From an uncultured Gemmataceae bacterium (GTDB taxonomy: Bacteria > Planctomycetota > Planctomycetia > Gemmatales > Gemmataceae), in contig CAVVPN010000003.1 in the NCBI GenBank assembly GCA_963750165.1, positions 1,056,001-1,120,000 on the forward strand: 64,000 bases of DNA, given 5' to 3'. A program made the translations under genes and the position numbers. The notes under the pieces are model-generated. The model made no database searches, was not told the DNA's origin, and saw only the letters and a program-made list of their open reading frames with translations. Below, one piece after another: positions 9,691 to 21,547 of the stretch; positions within the stretch are counted from its first letter, which is position 1; each line of letters opens with the position of its first letter.

Positions 9691-12091
9691 GGCGTTCCCG
9701 GGACAGCGCCAGGCGGCGCGTCAGCCACAGTTCAGCACACAGCAGCAGCAACACGACCAGCAGACACAGCCACCACAGTTCCAGCGGCCGCGCCGATTCC
9801 GCGTCGCCGGGCCGCGGCAGGTCGTCCGCGTAGCGCAGCGGCAGCAGCGCGGCGACGCGGTGGCGGTCGGCGTCACTGCACGGCGTCAGGTCGAATTCGC
9901 GCGGATCGGTCGGCACCACGGCGAAGCGCGGCTGGCCGTCCGGGCCGCTCCAGGTGTAGACGCCGGGCTCGGCGGCGGCTTCGTAGGCCAGCGCTAACCG
10001 CTCCAGTTTCAGCGGCTGGTCCGGGTGCTCCGCCGGCCACGCGGTCAGCGTGCGCGGGCCGTGGCCGTTGGGGGCGAGCGTCACCGGCAGGCGCATGGTC
10101 AGCGTCGCGGCGTGGCCAGTGTGGGACACGGTGCGGCGTTCCAGCAGCGGCCCGCCCGACTGCCGCAACTCCGCGACGACATCCCCGGGCGGCAACCCCG
10201 TGACGGCAAAGCGGCCCTCCAGCACCGCATCAACCGGGCCCGGTTTTTCCTGACCGGGCAGGCGCAGCGTCGGCAGCGCGAAGGGCGACCCGTCGAGCCG
10301 GCAGCGCAGCACCTGTCCGGTTTGCACGTCGCGAGCGTCGGCCAGGTAAAACAGCAGCTCATGGGCCAGCACCGAGAACGCGGACAGCTTCGGCAGGTTG
10401 CCGTCCCAGGCCGCGTCTGTGGGCACCGTACACAGCAGCACGCGGCCGCCCTGCACACGCCGCTCGATCAACAGCGGATCGCCGGTGGTCAGCCGGGCCG
10501 CCACCACGGCCCCGTCGCCGGGCTGCACGCGCCACCACGCCGGAAAGCGGGCGTCGCCGAGGTCGCCGCGGCTCAGGCCGCGGAACAGCGCCAGGGCCGG
10601 GTGTTGCAGGTGCTGCGTCTCCACCGCCGCAGCCAGTTCGGGACGGGTGCGCTCGCCGGCAACGCGGTCGAGCCGGGCCGGCAACCAGCCCTGACCGCCG
10701 CGAAACAACTCGTCGTTGTAAAACGTCCGCTGCCCCTCGACGCGCTGCCCGAGCACCACCAGCACGCCGCCGCCGTCGCGCAGGAAGCGCTCCACCGCCA
10801 GGCGCTGGCTGTCGCCGAGCCGCGGCACGTCGGCGAGCACGAGCACGCGCGGCGCACTGTCAGGCCGGCCCGGGTCGAGTGGGCGCGTCAGCGTGTCCGG
10901 CGTGAACTGTGCCAGCGGCACGACGCGCGGCAGCACCGGCGATGGCCGCTTCGGGTCGCGCAGCTCCGCCAGGGCGCGGTGCCAGAAAAATGTGCTGCCG
11001 CGCGGCGACGGCTCCGCCTCGGCCTCGACGAGCACCACCGGCAGCGCCTCCACCACCTCGACCGCCGCGTCCTGCCGATTGTCGCCCGGCAGCCAGTCCG
11101 CGCCGCCGGGTTCCACAACGACGGTGATGAGGTGCGAGCCCGAGCTGCCGAAGCGGTGCGTGAACGTGAGCGGCACCCGGCCCGCGACGGCCTCGGCCTG
11201 TGGCGGCGTCAGGTCGCGGACGTGTGCGCCATCCACCGCGAGGCGGATGCGGCGCGGCGGTCGGTAGCCATGCGGCCCGGTCACGCTCAGCGTGGTCTGG
11301 AAGGTGATTTCGCGGCCGGGCCAGACGACAGCCGGGCTCGCCCGCAGCGGCGCCAGGGCGTAGTTGGGCGGCGCCGCCGGTCGCTCCACGGCGACGTTGA
11401 CGACCGTGGCGTTCGTGGATTGCAACTGCGGAGCCAGCCTTTCCCAGCGCGCCAGCGTGTCGGCGTCAGTCCAGCCGTGCCGCTGGCCATCGGTCAGGAT
11501 GAGGATGTCGCGCCGCGGGGCCTGGCTTTTTTGCAGCAATTCCTGAGCGTGCCGCACCGCCTCCGGCCAGCGACAACCGTCAGCGGGCGCCGGCAGCTCG
11601 CGCAACCGCTGCCGCACATGATCCAGGTCGCGCGACAGTTCTCCGACCAGTGGCACCAGTCGGTCGCGGACCTGCACCAGCGCCACGCTGTCGCCGGGCT
11701 GCAGTTCGTCGAGCAGGTGCCGCACCTGTGCGCGGGCGTTGTCGTGCGGCGACGGCCGAGCCGGGTCGCCGGCGGCCATGCTCGCCGAGCCGTCGAGGAG
11801 TACGACGACCGCCCGCGCCGGCCGCCCGGCCGCCTCCGCCGGCAGCACACCGAACAACCGCGGCCCCGCCAGCGCCAGCACCACCGCGGCGAGGACGGCC
11901 ATGCGCACCAGCATCAGCAGCAGTTCGTCGAGGAGCAGACGGCGGCGCGTCGTGTGGCCGACTTCCAGGAACTGCATCGCCCCCCAGTCCACGACCTGAT
12001 AACGGCGGCGGTTCAGCAGGTGGATCAGCGGCGGCACTGCCAGGCCAGCCAGGCCGAGCAGCATCCACGCATTGACGAGGCCGAAGGTCAT
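9677..12091 (-). CDS. BatA N-terminal double-TM plus VWA domain protein
   Basis: PPLIHLLNRRRYQVVDWGAMQFL (BatA), LLDGSASM and ILTDGQ (MIDAS), C-terminal TM segment LLLCAELWL. Confidence 0.88.
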   Translation of the reverse strand: MTFGLVNAWMLLGLAGLAVPPLIHLLNRRRYQVVDWGAMQFLEVGHTTRRRLLLDELLLMLVRMAVLAAVVLALAGPRLFGVLPAEAAGRPARAVVVLLDGSASMAAGDPARPSPHDNARAQVRHLLDELQPGDSVALVQVRDRLVPLVGELSRDLDHVRQRLRELPAPADGCRWPEAVRHAQELLQKSQAPRRDILILTDGQRHGWTDADTLARWERLAPQLQSTNATVVNVAVERPAAPPNYALAPLRASPAVVWPGREITFQTTLSVTGPHGYRPPRRIRLAVDGAHVRDLTPPQAEAVAGRVPLTFTHRFGSSGSHLITVVVEPGGADWLPGDNRQDAAVEVVEALPVVLVEAEAEPSPRGSTFFWHRALAELRDPKRPSPVLPRVVPLAQFTPDTLTRPLDPGRPDSAPRVLVLADVPRLGDSQRLAVERFLRDGGGVLVVLGQRVEGQRTFYNDELFRGGQGWLPARLDRVAGERTRPELAAAVETQHLQHPALALFRGLSRGDLGDARFPAWWRVQPGDGAVVAARLTTGDPLLIERRVQGGRVLLCTVPTDAAWDGNLPKLSAFSVLAHELLFYLADARDVQTGQVLRCRLDGSPFALPTLRLPGQEKPGPVDAVLEGRFAVTGLPPGDVVAELRQSGGPLLERRTVSHTGHAATLTMRLPVTLAPNGHGPRTLTAWPAEHPDQPLKLERLALAYEAAAEPGVYTWSGPDGQPRFAVVPTDPREFDLTPCSDADRHRVAALLPLRYADDLPRPGDAESARPLELWWLCLLVVLLLLCAELWLTRRLALSRERHVEH

Positions 12092-12117
12092 AACGGCAAA
12101 TGGCTCCAGAGAAGTCA

Positions 12118-12315
12118 AGGAATTAGCCATAGAGGACACAGAGAGCACAGAGAGGAAGAGTGAAGAAGGGAGCACCACAAAGACACAAAGGTCCACAAAG
12201 AAAACCCAAAGAATGGGTTCAAAATAATTTGTCTTTTCCTTTGTGAACCTTTGTGCCTTTGTGGTGCCAACTTCTTTTCTCTCTGTGCTCTCTGTGTCCT
12301 CTGTGGCTAATTCCT
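12118..12315. repeat. Nested inverted-repeat element built from 9-bp-period CACAGAG/CACAAAG units
   Basis: Outer arms 12118-12154 and 12279-12315 (one mismatch); inner arms 12172-12200 and 12239-12267. Confidence 0.9.
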
Positions 12316-12322
12316 GTTGATT

Positions 12323-13217
12323 TCAGCGCCGCCGCTGCCGGTGGGTCAGGTAATGGCCCAGCGCCGCGTCCACCGGCGTGTCCGTGCGCAGCAGCTGGTA
12401 ATCGACCTGCATCCGCCCCGCCTGATCGCGCAACTCCCGACAAAACGCCTCGAAATTGCGCAGATACTCCTGCCGCAGCCGCCGCGGATCGACCAGCAGC
12501 TTATGGCCGGCGACTTCGAGGTTGCGGAACTGCGTCCATTGCGTGAACGGAAACTCGATCTCCTCCGGCGCCAGCACGTGGAACAACAGCACCTCGTGTC
12601 CACGGTGGCGGAAGTGACGCAGCGCCTGCAGCAGCGGGGCGATTTTTTCAAAGCAGTCCGACAGGATGACGATCAGGCCGCGCCGCTGCAAACGTGCCGC
12701 CAACTCGTGCCACAGCGGCGCCATGGCCGTTTCGCCGCCGGGCTGCGTCCGGGTCAGGGCGTCGATCAGGTGCGGCAGCTGGCGGGCGCTGGCGCGGGGC
12801 GATGTGCTGGCGCAGGCGCGTGTCGTGGACCGCCAGGCCGACGGCGTCGAGTTGGTGCAGCATCAGGTACGCCAGCGACGCGGCCACGTACTGGGCGTAG
12901 ACGAACTTGCTGACGCCCTGGCCGCGGTAGCCCATGCTACCGCTGGCGTCCAGCAGCAGGTGCGCCTTGAGATTCGTCTCCTCCTCGAATTCCTTGATGT
13001 AATAGCGGTCGGTCTTGCCGAAGGCGCGCCAGTCGATGTGGCGGATCTCGTCGCCGGGATAATACTGGCGGTGCTCGGCGAACTCGACGCTGAAACCCTT
13101 GTACGGGCTCTGGTGGACGCCGGACAGGAAGCCCTCGACGACGGTGCGCGCAACCAGCGTCAGGCTGCCGAAGCGGGCCAGGGCGGTCGGGTCGAAGGAA
13201 GTCGGCGTGTCGCTCAT
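12323..13217 (-). CDS. DUF58 domain protein; frameshift near 12790
   Basis: GVHQSPYKGFSVEFAEHRQYYPGDEIRHIDW, KEFEEETN, LLDASGSM and RRGLIVILSD. Confidence 0.92.
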
Positions 13218-13329
13218 GGGCCGGGGGGTTGGGGTCGGGGCAGGTGAATTGATTGTAACCGACCCCCGCGCGTTTGCAACCGCCCGGCTGCACCCGGTCC
13301 CCTTTTTCCGCACCGCCAGCGTGGGTTCG

Positions 13330-14010
13330 CTAACCCGGCGCACCCGGTTTCTCTGCGACAACCACCGCCACGGGCATGGTCCAGATCTCCAGGTCAATCT
13401 GCTGGTTGACCCGGAAACCGGCCGCCGTCAGGACACCCGCAAGGTCAATCGGCCGGCAATCGACGATGTGGGGGAAGTGGCGGTGCATCCAGACATACGT
13501 TCGCTCAAGGAAACTGGCCTTCGCATTCGGTTTCACCTGTGCCATCGAGACCGCCGCCATCCGTCCGTGCTCCCGCAGGACACGCCGGATTTCAGCCAGG
13601 ACCACGGGCAAGTCGGCTTCCGGGAAAAGCTCCAGCGTGAAACTGCTGTAGGCGGCGTCAAACGAGCCGTTGTCGTAAGGCAGTTTTCGGGCGTCCCCCA
13701 CGCGCAGGTCGATGGGCGTGTCCAGGGCCGCCTGTTGTAATTTGCGCTGGGCCACCGCCAGCATGCCCGGAGAAATGTCGATCCCACAGACCTTGCCCCC
13801 GGCGCCGACCCGTTTGGCCAGGTTGAGGATTTCGGTCCCCGTTCCGAACCCGATCTCCAGCACACGCTCCCCGGGTTGCAGGTTTAACGCTTCGACTCCG
13901 GTCTGGCGCACGGCGCGCTCGTTGGCGTCCGCCAGCCAGTCGTAAGCTTCGCTGATGCGGTCGTAGAAGACCCGGTTGGACTCATGATGTTCGGCGGGGG
14001 TGGTAGCCAT
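13330..14010 (-). CDS. Class I SAM-dependent methyltransferase (UbiE/MenG-like)
   Basis: VLEIGFGTG, GIDISPGML and GDARKLPY..SFD motifs. Confidence 0.88.
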   Translation of the reverse strand: MATTPAEHHESNRVFYDRISEAYDWLADANERAVRQTGVEALNLQPGERVLEIGFGTGTEILNLAKRVGAGGKVCGIDISPGMLAVAQRKLQQAALDTPIDLRVGDARKLPYDNGSFDAAYSSFTLELFPEADLPVVLAEIRRVLREHGRMAAVSMAQVKPNAKASFLERTYVWMHRHFPHIVDCRPIDLAGVLTAAGFRVNQQIDLEIWTMPVAVVVAEKPGAPG

Positions 14011-14392
14011 CGGCGTCGCGATCCGTGATGGTTGGAGGGCACAGTTGCGGGAGCAATGCCTGACTGGGAGCAGCGTACCACCGTCTGAGCACCCCTGGCA
14101 AGCAAAATTGCACTCCGATTTCTCGAGTCCGGAACTGTGGAATGGAGGGGGGCAACTCCTCCTCGACGCTGCCCATCTTCACCAAAGTGTCCCCCTCTCC
14201 CGCTTGCCTGGGACGGCAACGACCGCTGCCGACTGCGCGGGTTGTGCGGGTCGCGCCGGGGCCGGGCGTCGGTGTATTCGGTGCGTTCGTCGCTTCTGTC
14301 AAAACCCGCCCCTTCGCCGCACGATATTCCAGAGGAGGGAAGGACGCCACACCGGGTCGTGACAAGCCCGGTAAGGTTGCGGGAGACCTGAC

Positions 14393-15343
14393 ATGTTGCG
14401 TGTGGTGATACTGGCGTCCTTGCTCGGGTTGCTGGGGGCGGCGCCGCTGTCGGCCGAGGAACCTGCGGCTCAGGAGTCCGTGCTCGTCGGCCGTCCCGAC
14501 GCCCCGATCAGCCCGCTGCCGGGGACCGTGCTGCCCGCACCCGCTCCGGCCGCGTCCGCCACGGAGTCGGTCCTGACCGCGACGCCGGCGTGGCAAACCG
14601 CCTGGGGACTGGTCGCCCTCCGGTTCATTCCCGAGGGCCCCAAGACGGCGCCCAACGGCCAGCTGTATCACCCGAATTTCAGCCTCGACCTGAACTTCAA
14701 TTTCTGGATCTGGCGCAGCCAGCGGGTCTACATGTTCTCCGATGTGCGCTTGTGGGGCGAGCGCGGCGAGAACGGCGTGACCAACGGCAACGACGGCGCG
14801 CTGGGCACCAGCAAGCGGCAGTTCGACCTGGACGGCGGCGTCGCGTGGAATTACGCGGGGCACTGGGAGGCGCGCGCCTTCGGCTACACGTACAACAACC
14901 TCAACCGCGGCAGCAACCTGCTGACGCCCGTGGGCTTCGCGGACGGGTTCGGGATGGAGAATCGCTATTACCTATCGTCGATGTACGACCGGCTGGGCGA
15001 GACCGGCTTCGACGTGGCCCGGGCGACCTTTCTGAGCATCGGCTACTACCCGAGCAAGAACATGGTGGGCAACGACGGCCACTCGTTCAGACCCGGACTG
15101 CTGCTGCGCGCGTACCTGACGTATGATCTGTGGGACTGGCCCTGCTACCTGTACGGCGACTTTCAGTACATCGGTGAGCGGTCGTTTCAGTCGCGGTTGT
15201 TCCTCTTCGACGTCGGCGCGGCCGCCCGACCGTTCCGCGCCTGGCAGCAGTGGGAGTTTCGGCTCGGCGTGGAGAACACCGCGGACTTCCACGTGCATGA
15301 TGTGCAGAATCTGTGGTACGGTGCGATCCGCTTCATTTATTAG
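14393..15343 (+). CDS. Secreted hypothetical protein, possible outer-membrane beta-barrel
   Basis: Signal peptide, Pro/Ala linker, alternating aromatic-rich strands and aromatic C-terminus (YGAIRFIY). Confidence 0.6.
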   Translation: MLRVVILASLLGLLGAAPLSAEEPAAQESVLVGRPDAPISPLPGTVLPAPAPAASATESVLTATPAWQTAWGLVALRFIPEGPKTAPNGQLYHPNFSLDLNFNFWIWRSQRVYMFSDVRLWGERGENGVTNGNDGALGTSKRQFDLDGGVAWNYAGHWEARAFGYTYNNLNRGSNLLTPVGFADGFGMENRYYLSSMYDRLGETGFDVARATFLSIGYYPSKNMVGNDGHSFRPGLLLRAYLTYDLWDWPCYLYGDFQYIGERSFQSRLFLFDVGAAARPFRAWQQWEFRLGVENTADFHVHDVQNLWYGAIRFIY

Positions 15344-15351
15344 AAGTTTTT

Positions 15352-15385
15352 GGTCGGAGCCCGAGCGCCAGCGCGGGCTCCGACC
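15352..15385. repeat. Collapsed copy of the GAGCCCGAGCGCCAGCGCGGG REP-like family
   Basis: ggtcggagcccgagcgccagcgcgggctccgacc; full copies at 46126 and 63043. Confidence 0.75.
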
Positions 15386-15404
15386 CACACGAACATTCAT
15401 CCCG

Positions 15405-16122
15405 TCAACGCCGTCGAATCCACTCCTCCTGTCGATACTTCTCGGCCGCCAGCGCCCGCACGCGCTCCGCCGGCCAGTCGCTGCGCTCCGCATCCGCCGC
15501 CCACGCCAGCCGCAGCCGGCGCTCCAGCTCCAGGCGCGGCAACGGCAGGTTCGTCACGAAGTCCGCATGGTCCCGCTGCTGCCGATACTCCGGCTGTCGC
15601 GCCGGCTGCCGCAAATAGCGCGCGACCAGCCCCGGCGGGAAGGCGTACAGCAGGGTGCCGTGGTGCAGCACGTGAGCACTCTTGCGCTGCTGGGCATTAC
15701 CGGAACATTTGCGGTCGCCAATGGCCAGATCGCTGATCCCCGCCTGCACCAGACCGGGCACCGCGTCCAGCAGCGCCGCCCGCAGCCGGCCCAGGATGAA
15801 GCGATACGAATGGCTCACGTCCGCCAGCGCCGGGTCGAGGGCGTAGGGCAGCACCAGGCTGAACAGCAGGCAGCCCGGCCCGAGCAGCACCGTGCCGCCG
15901 CCGCTGGACCGCCGCAGCACCGGCACAGCGTCGCGCACACAGGCGGCCTCGTCCACGTCCTGGGCCAGCTGGCCGCCCGCCCCCAGCACCACCGCCGGCC
16001 GCGGCCACTCCCACAGGCGCAGCACCGCCCCGCCGCGGCCCGCCTCGGCTTCGAGCAGTCAGCGCCTCGTCCAGGGCCAGGTTGTCGGCCAGTTCGGGCA
16101 GGGTCAGCGACAGGAAGTCCAT
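15405..16122 (-). CDS. Lipoate-protein ligase family protein; frameshift near 16055
   Basis: NLALDEAL, VLRLWE, RRSSGGGTV, RKCSGNAQ and HHGTLLY. Confidence 0.88.
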
Positions 16123-16571
16123 CAGGGCAACACATGCGGGGCGAGCGACGTGAAGGGCTCCAGCGGCAGATTGCGGACGACGCCGAACACGAACATCACC
16201 ACCGCCAGCGTCAAGAACAGCCAGTCCGGCGGCCGTAGACACAGCCGTCGCCAGCCCGTCCACCGCCCGAGCTGGTAGAGCAGCAGCCACAGCGCCACGA
16301 CCGGCAGCAGCGCCACGAACAGGACGTTGTACGCCGCCGCCTGGGCCAGGTCGCCATGCACCAGGGCGCTGACGCTGCGCGTCGCGCCGCAACCGGGGCA
16401 GTGCAGGCCCGTGCTCAAATGCAGGTAGCAGCGCGGATACCAGGTCGTTTCGTCGGGCGGCAGCCAGTAGAGCAGCGCCGCCGCCGCCAGCACCGCCAGG
16501 GCGGCCGCCGGATAGCACCAGAGGGTTCCGGCCCGCCACGCCCGGCGGGGGGCCATGTCGTTACCGTTCAT
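16122..16571 (-). CDS. DUF2752 domain membrane protein
   Basis: CYLHLSTGLHCPGCGATRS...N motif and VVRNLP; its stop overlaps the start of the ligase gene. Confidence 0.85.
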   Translation of the reverse strand: MNGNDMAPRRAWRAGTLWCYPAAALAVLAAAALLYWLPPDETTWYPRCYLHLSTGLHCPGCGATRSVSALVHGDLAQAAAYNVLFVALLPVVALWLLLYQLGRWTGWRRLCLRPPDWLFLTLAVVMFVFGVVRNLPLEPFTSLAPHVLP

Positions 16572-16594
16572 GTCGTTCCGAGCCTCACCACGGC

Positions 16595-17101
16595 TCAACG
16601 GAAGTAGGGTTGCACTTGCGCGTTGTTGATGACCACCAGCGACCAGATGCCCACCGGCAGGCTCACCAGGCAACACGCCGAGCAAGGGAGCATCCCCACA
16701 ATACAGGCCGTCAAGACCAGACCGCGCGACTGCAGGTCCTTCATTTTCAGGGCGCCGAAAATCATTAACCCGCCAATCACCAGGGCAAAGACGGTCATCA
16801 CGATGACGACGGCGACCGACGCACCCAGGATGGTGTTCACGTCCATGCCCTGGGGTTGGGGCTGGTTCTTCAATTGCTCGGCCGCCATCCCCAGCGTGAG
16901 GAGAACGCGAACCAGGTTTGCGAGGGCGGCCAGGATGTACAGGATGCCGGCCACCAGCAAGCAGATGGCAGGGGCCTTCACCTGCTCCAGGGCACGTCGT
17001 CTCCCGCCGCCGTCGCCGCGATCTTCGTAATCGTCGCGGTCGTCACGACGGTCGCGCTCATCACGACGGTCTCGGTCGTCCCGATCATCATAGCCTGCCA
17101 T
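16595..17101 (-). CDS. Hypothetical membrane protein (Asp/Arg-rich N-terminus, about 3-4 TM)
   Basis: MAGYDDRDDRDRR..., VKAPAICLL and CCLVSLPVGIWSLVV; paralog of the next gene. Confidence 0.75.
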   Translation of the reverse strand: MAGYDDRDDRDRRDERDRRDDRDDYEDRGDGGGRRRALEQVKAPAICLLVAGILYILAALANLVRVLLTLGMAAEQLKNQPQPQGMDVNTILGASVAVVIVMTVFALVIGGLMIFGALKMKDLQSRGLVLTACIVGMLPCSACCLVSLPVGIWSLVVINNAQVQPYFR

Positions 17102-17189
17102 TTGGCGTTCTCCGAAGGGTGTCTGCCCGATCCTCGCGGGCGGGTGGGCGTACTGGTACGGGGGGTTGTGGTGGGAGTACAGGCGCCCC

Positions 17190-17747
17190 TCAGCGAAACG
17201 ACGCCTTCACGTTCTGATTGACCAGGACCACAATCGACCAGATGCCGACCGGCAGCCCGAGGCACCAGCACCCGGAAAGGTACGGCGGCATGACCACGAT
17301 GGCCCCCGCCAGGGCCAGCGGCCAGGTCTGCAACCGCATCATCTGAATCGACGCGAAGATGACGAAAATGCTGCTGAGGATGCCGAGGACCGGGCCGATG
17401 AAATTCACCGGGTTCTTCAACTGCTGTTCCGCCTCGTCGATCTTCTCCTTCGCCTCTTCCATCTTCGCGCGGTCCTTGGGCGGGGCCTGCTTCTCCATCG
17501 ACGCCATGAATTGCCGCATCACCCCCGGGAAGGCCAGGTAGAAGACAATCAGGCCGATCTGGCACAGGATGCCGATGATCGCCACCACCAACATGCAGAT
17601 GGCCGGCGCCTTGACCATGCCCGCGGCTTTCGTCCGATCGATGGGCGGCGGCAGGTCGTCGCGGTCGTCGCTCCAGCCGCCCCGGAGGTCGGGATCCCGC
17701 CGACGCCCCGTGCTTTCCTGAAAACCTTCGTCATCATAACCAGCCAT
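17190..17747 (-). CDS. Hypothetical membrane protein, tandem paralog
   Basis: MAGYDDEG..., VKAPAICML and CWCLGLPVGIWSIVVL..NVKASFR. Confidence 0.75.
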   Translation of the reverse strand: MAGYDDEGFQESTGRRRDPDLRGGWSDDRDDLPPPIDRTKAAGMVKAPAICMLVVAIIGILCQIGLIVFYLAFPGVMRQFMASMEKQAPPKDRAKMEEAKEKIDEAEQQLKNPVNFIGPVLGILSSIFVIFASIQMMRLQTWPLALAGAIVVMPPYLSGCWCLGLPVGIWSIVVLVNQNVKASFR

Positions 17748-17903
17748 GCGAGCACTCCACGAGAATGGGCCTCTGGCAAAGGGATGTTGCTGGGAGTATA
17801 GGCGGCTTTGTGGACGTTGCAAGGGACGGCAGCGCCCACAGCGAGTTGGTATATTACCACCACCCGGAATCACCCCCGCCCTGGCCGCCTTCAGGTATCC
17901 ACG

Positions 17904-19867
<1,964 letters not shown>

Positions 19868-19943
19868 CAGGGAATCAGATAGCCAATCTACTTCACCAGG
19901 ACCAAAGCGGTTTTGGCCAGGCGTAGACAAAGGAGCATGCAAA

Positions 19944-20186
19944 ATGCAGACGATCACCGCGACCTATGAAGACGGGGTGCTGAAGCCGACGCAGCCCCTC
20001 AACCTGCCCGCCCACGCCGAGGTGCGCGTCACGATCGAGTTGCTGCCGGCATCCCCACTCACGGTGGAGCAACTGGGCGATTTTCTGCGGAATTTGCCCG
20101 CTCTCGGGGCCGAGGCCGAGGACTTTTCCCGGGACGTTCGTGCCGTCCGCGCTGAGTTCCCCGCGGAGACAATCTCATGGGATTGA
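19944..20186 (+). CDS. AF2212/DUF104-like antitoxin
   Basis: ITATYEDGVLKP..PLNLP..AEVRV; RBS aaggag; overlaps the PIN gene. Confidence 0.8.
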   Translation: MQTITATYEDGVLKPTQPLNLPAHAEVRVTIELLPASPLTVEQLGDFLRNLPALGAEAEDFSRDVRAVRAEFPAETISWD

Positions 20187-20341
20187 TGGTGGACACGAAC
20201 GTCTTCATCCGCTTCGAGAAGGGCAGCAAGGCGCTCGATTTGTCGCTCTGGGAGCCGACGGAGAAGGTGTACGTCAGCGTGGTGACGATCTCGGAACTGC
20301 TCGTCGGCGTCCATCGCGCAAACACTGAGGAGCGGGCGTGA
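20177..20341 (+). pseudogene. Truncated VapC/PIN toxin
   Basis: MGLMVDTNVFI...YVSVVTISELLVG then a stop after 54 aa, exactly where a copy of the dehydratase 3' end begins. Confidence 0.8.
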
Positions 20342-20418
20342 GCGGCGGCATGTGGGGCGGCTGCGTGTATGACGAGGACGCGATTGTGGCGGCGCTGACG
20401 CGCGGCGCTGGAGGTTAA
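20335..20418 (+). repeat. Diverged direct repeat of the dehydratase gene 3' end (first copy 19793-19867)
   Basis: Encodes VSGGMWGGCVYDEDAIVAALTRGAGG* versus [23 protein letters not shown]. Confidence 0.85.
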
Positions 20419-20422
20419 GACG

Positions 20423-20926
20423 ATGGCGATGTTCGTACATCTAGCGGCGGAATCGCGTACCGCGCTAATACGCCGGAACGGCATCCGCCGATTGCGGCGC
20501 GCTCAGGACAACTTCCCCGGTGGGGTGTTCGCTGTCCCGGTGACTCGGAATTTCTACATTTCGCACCAGTGGCTCCGGGAATTGAAGCGGCGCAACCAGG
20601 GGGCTATCGCGGGCGTTTACTTCCGTATCCCGGACAACGAGCAGGTCTGGGTCGGCCACTATCACCAGGCTCATCGGTGGATGTCCGCGGCCGAAGCAGT
20701 CGCCGAGTTCATGGGGGCCGAAGACGCTCAGGGCTGGGAGGTCGTGATTCCACGCCGGATCGATCCCAAAGAGGTCCATCGCATCCGTTCACTCCCGCAG
20801 GTAATTGGCTGGCGATTCTACCCCGCCGCCAAAGGCAAGCCGCCCTTCTGCACCTGCAAGTTTTGCACGCGAGGCGAATACGGGGCGCGCCGCTTGCGCG
20901 AGCGGTTGGGATCCACTGACGTCTGA
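20423..20926 (+). CDS. Conserved hypothetical protein, possible ADP-ribosyltransferase-like fold, with C-terminal CxCxxC
   Basis: FVHL...IRRNGI, GVFAVP, SHQWLRELKRR, WEVVIPRRI and CTCKFC. Confidence 0.6.
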   Translation: MAMFVHLAAESRTALIRRNGIRRLRRAQDNFPGGVFAVPVTRNFYISHQWLRELKRRNQGAIAGVYFRIPDNEQVWVGHYHQAHRWMSAAEAVAEFMGAEDAQGWEVVIPRRIDPKEVHRIRSLPQVIGWRFYPAAKGKPPFCTCKFCTRGEYGARRLRERLGSTDV

Positions 20927-20954
20927 CAATGCCATAGTCCTCGGAGGACTGCCG

Positions 20955-21527
20955 ATGCCGTTGACGGAACCACGAACCATGCGCTGGACCAAGGACGAGT
21001 ACCACCGCCTGGCCGAAATGGGCTGGTTTGACGACCGCCGGGTGGAACTGCTCGATGGAGAAATCTTCGAGATGCCCGTCCCCAAGATGGCCCACGTCGT
21101 CGCGCTGGACGGCACCGCGAACGCCCTCCGCACCGCCTTCGGCAGCGGCTGCTGGGTGTCGCCGCAGGCGCCGCTCGACCTGACGCTGACTTCCGAACCG
21201 ATCCCGGACCTGTACGTCGTGCCCGGCAAGGCGCGCGACTACACGGCCCATCCGACCACCGCCCTGCTCGTCGTGGAGGTCAGCGACACCACCCTGTCCC
21301 ACGACCGCAACCGCAAGGGCAGTTTGTACGCGGCGGCCTTGATTCAGGATTACTGGATCGTCAACCTGGTGGATCGGCAACTCGAAGTCTACCGCGGCCC
21401 GACTCCCGATGCCGCCCAGATGTTCGGCTTCAGTTATTCGCAGCGCACCGTGCTGGTTCCCGGCGATTCGGTCGCACCCCTGGTGTTGCCGCAGGCGCAA
21501 ATTGCCGTGGCCGATCTTTTCCCCTGA
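20955..21527 (+). CDS. Uma2 family endonuclease
   Basis: RWTKDEYHRL, RVELLDGEI, PIPDL, LVVEVSDTT, K..LYAAA.I.DYWIVNL; RBS ggagga. Confidence 0.92.
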   Translation: MPLTEPRTMRWTKDEYHRLAEMGWFDDRRVELLDGEIFEMPVPKMAHVVALDGTANALRTAFGSGCWVSPQAPLDLTLTSEPIPDLYVVPGKARDYTAHPTTALLVVEVSDTTLSHDRNRKGSLYAAALIQDYWIVNLVDRQLEVYRGPTPDAAQMFGFSYSQRTVLVPGDSVAPLVLPQAQIAVADLFP

Positions 21528-21547
21528 AACGATGGGAAGACTGCCGT

